DNA of 64,000 bases from Trueperaceae bacterium. Lineage in GTDB: Bacteria; Deinococcota; Deinococci; Deinococcales; Trueperaceae. The DNA lies in contig OZ243913.1 in NCBI GenBank assembly GCA_965213705.1, positions 2,624,001 to 2,688,000 of the forward strand, written 5' to 3'. How positions within the stretch are numbered: the first letter of the stretch is position 1; the number at the start of each line of letters is the position of its first letter. The notes beneath the pieces were generated by a model that saw nothing but the letters and a program-made list of their open reading frames with translations, was not told the DNA's origin and ran no database searches. Shown here piece after piece: positions 59,762 through 64,000 of this stretch. The position numbers were made by a program, and so were the translations under genes.

Positions 59762-60325
59762 TCAGCGGGGCCACCGGTTGGCCCGCTCGTTCTGCTGGGC
59801 CAGCCGCGCCGTCTCCGCGACGCGCTTTTGCCGGGTAGCATCACGTTTCGCGTTGAAAATCCACTCCAAGATGCCGCGCTGAGCCGAGGGCGGGAAGGCC
59901 TGAAAGTTCGCCTCGGCCCGGTCGTACTCGGCAAACGCCCGTTCCAAGTCTTCGGGGACGACGAGGTTTTCCACGTCGTCGAGCGCGTCCCAACTGCCGT
60001 TTTCTTTAGCGACCTCGACCAACTTGCGCCCGGCCCCGGTCAGCAGGCCGGCACGCTCGAGCGCGGCAATCCGGCGTTTGTTCAGGCCCGACCAGTTGCT
60101 CTCAGGACTGCGCGGCGAGAGGTACAGTTTGGTTTTTTCGGCGTCGACCTTGCCCGGCTTCGAGTCTATCCAGCCGAAACAAAGGGCTTCTTCGGCGACG
60201 TCGTCGTAGGACAGGGTGCGCTTGTCGCCCTTGTAAAACACGACCCACACGCCTGCGGCCTGATTATGGTTCTCCGCCAGCCAGGCGCGCAGCGTGGCTC
60301 GGTCTGCCACAAAAACGTCTTTCAT
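59762..60325 (-). CDS. YdeI/OmpD-associated family protein
   Basis: EEALCFGWIDS, S.WS..NK, AKR..TR.KR. Confidence 0.88.
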   Translation of the reverse strand: MKDVFVADRATLRAWLAENHNQAAGVWVVFYKGDKRTLSYDDVAEEALCFGWIDSKPGKVDAEKTKLYLSPRSPESNWSGLNKRRIAALERAGLLTGAGRKLVEVAKENGSWDALDDVENLVVPEDLERAFAEYDRAEANFQAFPPSAQRGILEWIFNAKRDATRQKRVAETARLAQQNERANRWPR

Positions 60326-60415
60326 GTTCCCAGCAGGATACTACAGCTTCGGCGTTCGTTCGCCTCGGCCTCGCCCACACAAGACTTTCTTCGTGTTAGC
60401 TTAACGTCTACTCAC

Positions 60416-61339
60416 ATGACACCACCCGCCCCCGGACACGCCCCCAAACACGTCGTCAGCGTGGGACTGGGCTCGAGCACGCGCGACGCCCACATCGAAA
60501 CCGAACTGCTCGGGAGAAGGGTCGTCATCGAGCGGCGGGGAACGGACGGCGACCTTGCCAAAGCCGCCGCGATGCTGAGAGACTTAGACGGCAAAGTGGA
60601 CGCTTTGGGTTTAGGCGGCGTGGTTTTGTTCGTGCAGGCTGCGGGACGGCGTTACTACATGCGTGAGGCCGTGAACCTCGCCAAAAACGCGCCTCACACG
60701 CCTACCGTTTGTGGGGCGGGACTCAAAAACAGCCTCGAGCGAATTGTCGTGGAACGGCTCGACGATGCGCTCCACTGGCAAAGCAAGCGCGTGTTGATGG
60801 TCTCGGGCGTCGAAAATTTCGGTATGGCCGAAGCGCTAAACGCCCTGGGGGCAAGGGTGACTTACGCCGACCTCGTTTTCTTTTTGGGCGTGCCCGTCCC
60901 GCTGAAAAGCTTGCCGGCCCTGGCTCGAGCGGCTAGAGTGCTCGGCCCCGTCGTCACGCAGTTGCCCATCAGCTGGCTCTACCCCACGGGCAGCAAGCAG
61001 GAGACGAACCAGAGCGGTTGGCGCGGTCGGTATTTCGAGGACGCCGACGTGATAGCGGGCGACTTTCACCTCATACGCCATTATCTCCCCGGGAGCTTGA
61101 CCGGGAAAATCATCCTGACACAGACGACGACGCCCGCGGATGTCGAGTTGCTCCGCCGGCGCGGCGTCGAAACCCTCATCACCACCACGCCCAGGTTTGA
61201 AGGCCGCAGCTTGTCGACCAACATGCTCGAGGCCGCCTTTGTCGCGCTGTCCGGCAAGTACCCGCTGTCGGACGCGGACTACCGCGAACTCATCGAGAAG
61301 AGCGGGATTGTACCGGACGTGCTCGAGCTGAACCCTTAA
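60416..61339 (+). CDS. Conserved protein of the family usually labelled 'quinate 5-dehydrogenase' (function uncertain)
   Basis: VVSVGLGSS.RD, ERRGTDGD, DGKVDA.GLGG, GRS..TN..EA. Confidence 0.75.
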   Translation: MTPPAPGHAPKHVVSVGLGSSTRDAHIETELLGRRVVIERRGTDGDLAKAAAMLRDLDGKVDALGLGGVVLFVQAAGRRYYMREAVNLAKNAPHTPTVCGAGLKNSLERIVVERLDDALHWQSKRVLMVSGVENFGMAEALNALGARVTYADLVFFLGVPVPLKSLPALARAARVLGPVVTQLPISWLYPTGSKQETNQSGWRGRYFEDADVIAGDFHLIRHYLPGSLTGKIILTQTTTPADVELLRRRGVETLITTTPRFEGRSLSTNMLEAAFVALSGKYPLSDADYRELIEKSGIVPDVLELNP

Positions 61340-62025
61340 GCCTCGCTCAAGTCGGCACCACCTGCCGAATCGCCGAACGACAAAAGAAGCGGCCCTGTTT
61401 TCGCCATCACCCTAACCTTTACCGGCAAATGGTCGGCCGCTTCGTCCTCGGTCGGAAACCAAGTGCGCCCGCGTTGCACGACGATGAAAAGGCCGTGTTC
61501 GTCACCTACCGGAGCAAACGCCGGGTTGCCCGACCAGCGGTAGGGCGTCGCGCCGGTCAGCGCGCGCAGGTGAGCGACCTGGGACGCTACGTCTTCGGCG
61601 GCAATGCCGATTTCACTGATATTCAGCAAACTTTGCCCACCGAACGGCACGTCGCTCGTCGCGCCCAAGGTGTGACGGGCGACCAACTCCACGACGTTGC
61701 CCGCAGCGTCGTGAAAATACAGCATGTGCGCGTCCCAGCTTTCCGAGTAAAATTCGTCGCTGCCGTCTTTGTCCTTCATGAGAGGCACGCGCTGCCTCAG
61801 CCACACTTTTGCGTCCTCAAACCGGTTTTCAGGGATGTCGAAGGCGAAATGGTAGCCGCCGGGCAGGGTGGCGGGCGTGTGTGTAAAAGTCAGGCGTGAC
61901 CGGCCGACTTGAAAACTCAACCGTTTCAAGGACGCCGTCAGGGGCGGCACACCAAAAAGCTGCGTATAAAAATCGCGCTGTTGCGGAAGGACGGAAGTCG
62001 CCAGTTCAAGCTCGAGGATGTCCAC
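61336..62025 (-). CDS. VOC/glyoxalase family protein
   Basis: YHFAF.IP, YF.D..GN.VEL.AR, ISEIG, GDEHGLFI. Confidence 0.85.
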   Translation of the reverse strand: MDILELELATSVLPQQRDFYTQLFGVPPLTASLKRLSFQVGRSRLTFTHTPATLPGGYHFAFDIPENRFEDAKVWLRQRVPLMKDKDGSDEFYSESWDAHMLYFHDAAGNVVELVARHTLGATSDVPFGGQSLLNISEIGIAAEDVASQVAHLRALTGATPYRWSGNPAFAPVGDEHGLFIVVQRGRTWFPTEDEAADHLPVKVRVMAKTGPLLLSFGDSAGGADLSEA

Positions 62026-62031
62026 AAAATT

Positions 62032-62787
62032 TCAGACGGCGATGTTGGGCAGTGGCTTCACCGGCTCGAGCACCTCGTCGCGTACAACCCGGCCGTCTTG
62101 CAGCACCACTTGCCGCTCGGCCAGCGCGGCGATGTGGGGGTCGTGCGTGACCATGACGACCGACATGCCCTCTTCGTGGAGGCCGGTGAGAATGTCGAGA
62201 ACCGCGTTGCCAGCCTCGGTGTTGAGGTTGCCGGTGGGCTCGTCGGCGAGCAGCAGCGTCGGGGTGTTTACGAGGGCGCGGGCGATGGCGACGCGCTGCT
62301 GCTGCCCGCCCGAGAGTTGGCTCGGCATGTGTTTGACGCGGTCGCTCAAGCCCACTTTGTCGAGCATCGCCCGAGCACGTTCCCGCCGCTCCCGGTTGCT
62401 CACTTTGGCATAAACGAGTGGCTGTTCGACGTTCTCGAGCGCGCTCAGGTCGGACAGCAAGTTATACGCCTGAAATACGAAGCCGAAGTGCCGGTTGCGT
62501 ATTCGCGACAGTTCCTTGTCGGGCAAGCGGGTGATGTCGTGGCCTTCCAACTCATACGTTCCCGAGGTCGGCGTGTCGAGACAGCCCAAAAGGTGCAGCA
62601 GGGTCGACTTGCCCGAACCCGACTGCCCCACCACGCCGACGAACTCACCGCGCCGCAGCGTAAAACTGACGCCGTCCAGCGCGGGCACGTCCACCGCGCC
62701 CATGTTGTAGACCTTGTAGATGTCGCTGAGGTTCAGCATTGTCTTAGCAGCCACTGGTTTTTCACCTAAAGTTTCACCAGCTTCCAT
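62032..62787 (-). CDS. ABC ATP-binding protein (LolD/MacB-like)
   Basis: GQSGSGKST, LSGGQQQRV, ADEPTGNL. Confidence 0.95.
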   Translation of the reverse strand: MEAGETLGEKPVAAKTMLNLSDIYKVYNMGAVDVPALDGVSFTLRRGEFVGVVGQSGSGKSTLLHLLGCLDTPTSGTYELEGHDITRLPDKELSRIRNRHFGFVFQAYNLLSDLSALENVEQPLVYAKVSNRERRERARAMLDKVGLSDRVKHMPSQLSGGQQQRVAIARALVNTPTLLLADEPTGNLNTEAGNAVLDILTGLHEEGMSVVMVTHDPHIAALAERQVVLQDGRVVRDEVLEPVKPLPNIAV

Positions 62788-64000
62788 CACTTGACCTCCC
62801 CTGCTGGAACGAGTTCGATATTCGGCTTGTCTTTGAACGCTTCGTAGGAACTGCTCACGATTTTGTCGCCCACGGCAAGACCTTCCCTGACCTCGACCCG
62901 GTTGCCGTCGACGAGCCCGAACACGACGTTGGTGCGGGTGGCACTGTCACCGTTCACGTCGCCATCCACCAGGTAAACGAACCGCTCGCCGCCCGTGCTG
63001 AGGTAGGCGTCGCGGGGTAAAAACAGGGCGTCCTCCTTGCGCGCCGCCTCGACGTCCACGTCTGCACCGGCACCGATGCGGATTTGCTCGGGCGGCTGGT
63101 CGAACCCCAGGGTGACCGCGACGACGGGGCCGTTCTGCGAACTTTCGGCGTTGGGCGAGACCTGGACGACGCTGCCCCCATAGTCCTGGTTCGCCACGCG
63201 CAGCTTGGCGCTCTGTCCGACGCTCACGCGGCCCGCTTGCGCTTCGGGTAAACGGGCGACCACGCGCACGTCCTGGCTGCTGGCGACGGTGGCGAGCAGC
63301 GTTTGGGCGCTCACCGCTTCGCCCACGGCCGCGGCAAGGTTCATCACGCGGCCCGCGACGGGGGCTTTCAGCTCGAGCCCCGTCTGCTTTTCCTGCAGGG
63401 TCGTTAGGGCGGCCTGGGCCTGCTCGAGCTTCAGACGCGCTTCTTGAACGCTCAAGTCGCTCGCCTTGACCCCGTTTTGCCGGGCGAAGGTCGCGCCGTC
63501 TAAGTCTTCTTGCGCCGAACGCACCTTTTGGGTGGCGGCGTCGAGGTCTTTCCGTGAGGCCGCGCCCGCCTCGAAAAGCCGCTGCGTGGTGGCTTGCTCG
63601 GTTTGGGCGGTCGCTAACGCAGCCGTGGCCCGGTCTACCGCCAGCACCGTCTCGCGTGCGGCCGCGCCGTCGCTGAGCGCCAGTTTGTCCAGGACCAACT
63701 GCGCGCTGCGCACGTCGGCCTCGGCGTCGGCCACGTCCTGGCCCAGACTCTTCGACGCCACGCTGCCGAGCAGCGCGCCTTGCGCCACTTCGTCGCCCTC
63801 GGCGACCAACCATCCGGCAAGCGTACCCTCGACGGGCGACAGGACGGAGCGCTCGAGCTTGGGCACCACCGTCCCCGTACCCCGCACCCAATCTTGCAGC
63901 GTGCCCGTTTGCACGACGGCGGTCGTGTAGCTGCGCAAGGTGTAGGTGTCGGCGCGGGGGCGCAGCAGCAAAAAGGGCACGGTGAGCAGCGCCGCCAGGG
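62787..64000 (-). CDS. Efflux periplasmic adaptor (MacA/HlyD-like), 5' end outside window
   Basis: Lipoyl halves (SPVEG, APVAG) around a coiled coil; VEV.EGL..GD. Confidence 0.88.
   Translation of the reverse strand, partial: LAALLTVPFLLLRPRADTYTLRSYTTAVVQTGTLQDWVRGTGTVVPKLERSVLSPVEGTLAGWLVAEGDEVAQGALLGSVASKSLGQDVADAEADVRSAQLVLDKLALSDGAAARETVLAVDRATAALATAQTEQATTQRLFEAGAASRKDLDAATQKVRSAQEDLDGATFARQNGVKASDLSVQEARLKLEQAQAALTTLQEKQTGLELKAPVAGRVMNLAAAVGEAVSAQTLLATVASSQDVRVVARLPEAQAGRVSVGQSAKLRVANQDYGGSVVQVSPNAESSQNGPVVAVTLGFDQPPEQIRIGAGADVDVEAARKEDALFLPRDAYLSTGGERFVYLVDGDVNGDSATRTNVVFGLVDGNRVEVREGLAVGDKIVSSSYEAFKDKPNIELVPAGEVK

Noticed and set aside
59543..60415. N-terminal half of the 598-aa ORF
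   Set aside because: Antisense to the YdeI gene; the recognisable protein starts at 60416.

Overview
High-GC bacterial chromosomal window, most likely Deinococcota and possibly Trueperaceae (inferred from protein families, gene order and many apparently leaderless genes). The backbone is housekeeping genes: guaA, malQ, nucleoside/sugar ABC permeases, MoxR-DUF58, gltB, the ilvB-ilvN-ilvC-leuA-cimA operon with an attenuator, spoVS, rsmB, lon, family-4 udg, dtd, TetR-P450, two Tat-exported ferritin-like proteins with a two-component system, and a MacAB-like exporter. Small accessory genes are scattered between them: BrnT/CopG, MazE with a dead MazF, HicAB, orphan VapB- and HicB-like antitoxins, XisH/XisI, a DUF5655-type nuclease, immunity-like orphans, an IS200 remnant and a three-glycosyltransferase cluster. 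I saw no rRNA, tRNA or CRISPR array. The strongest signals not explained by gene calls are (1) five copies of an intergenic element built from GGAGAAA-type heptamers, four of them forming inverted repeats and one invading the ilvC C-terminus; (2) strong over-representation of CTCGAG with near-absence of GATC; (3) two conserved genes (spoVS, rsmB) that appear to start at ATA and ATT; (4) a nuclease/antitoxin cassette inside the attenuated Ilv/Leu operon. All family assignments are from motif recognition by eye, with no database search, so novelty is unproven.
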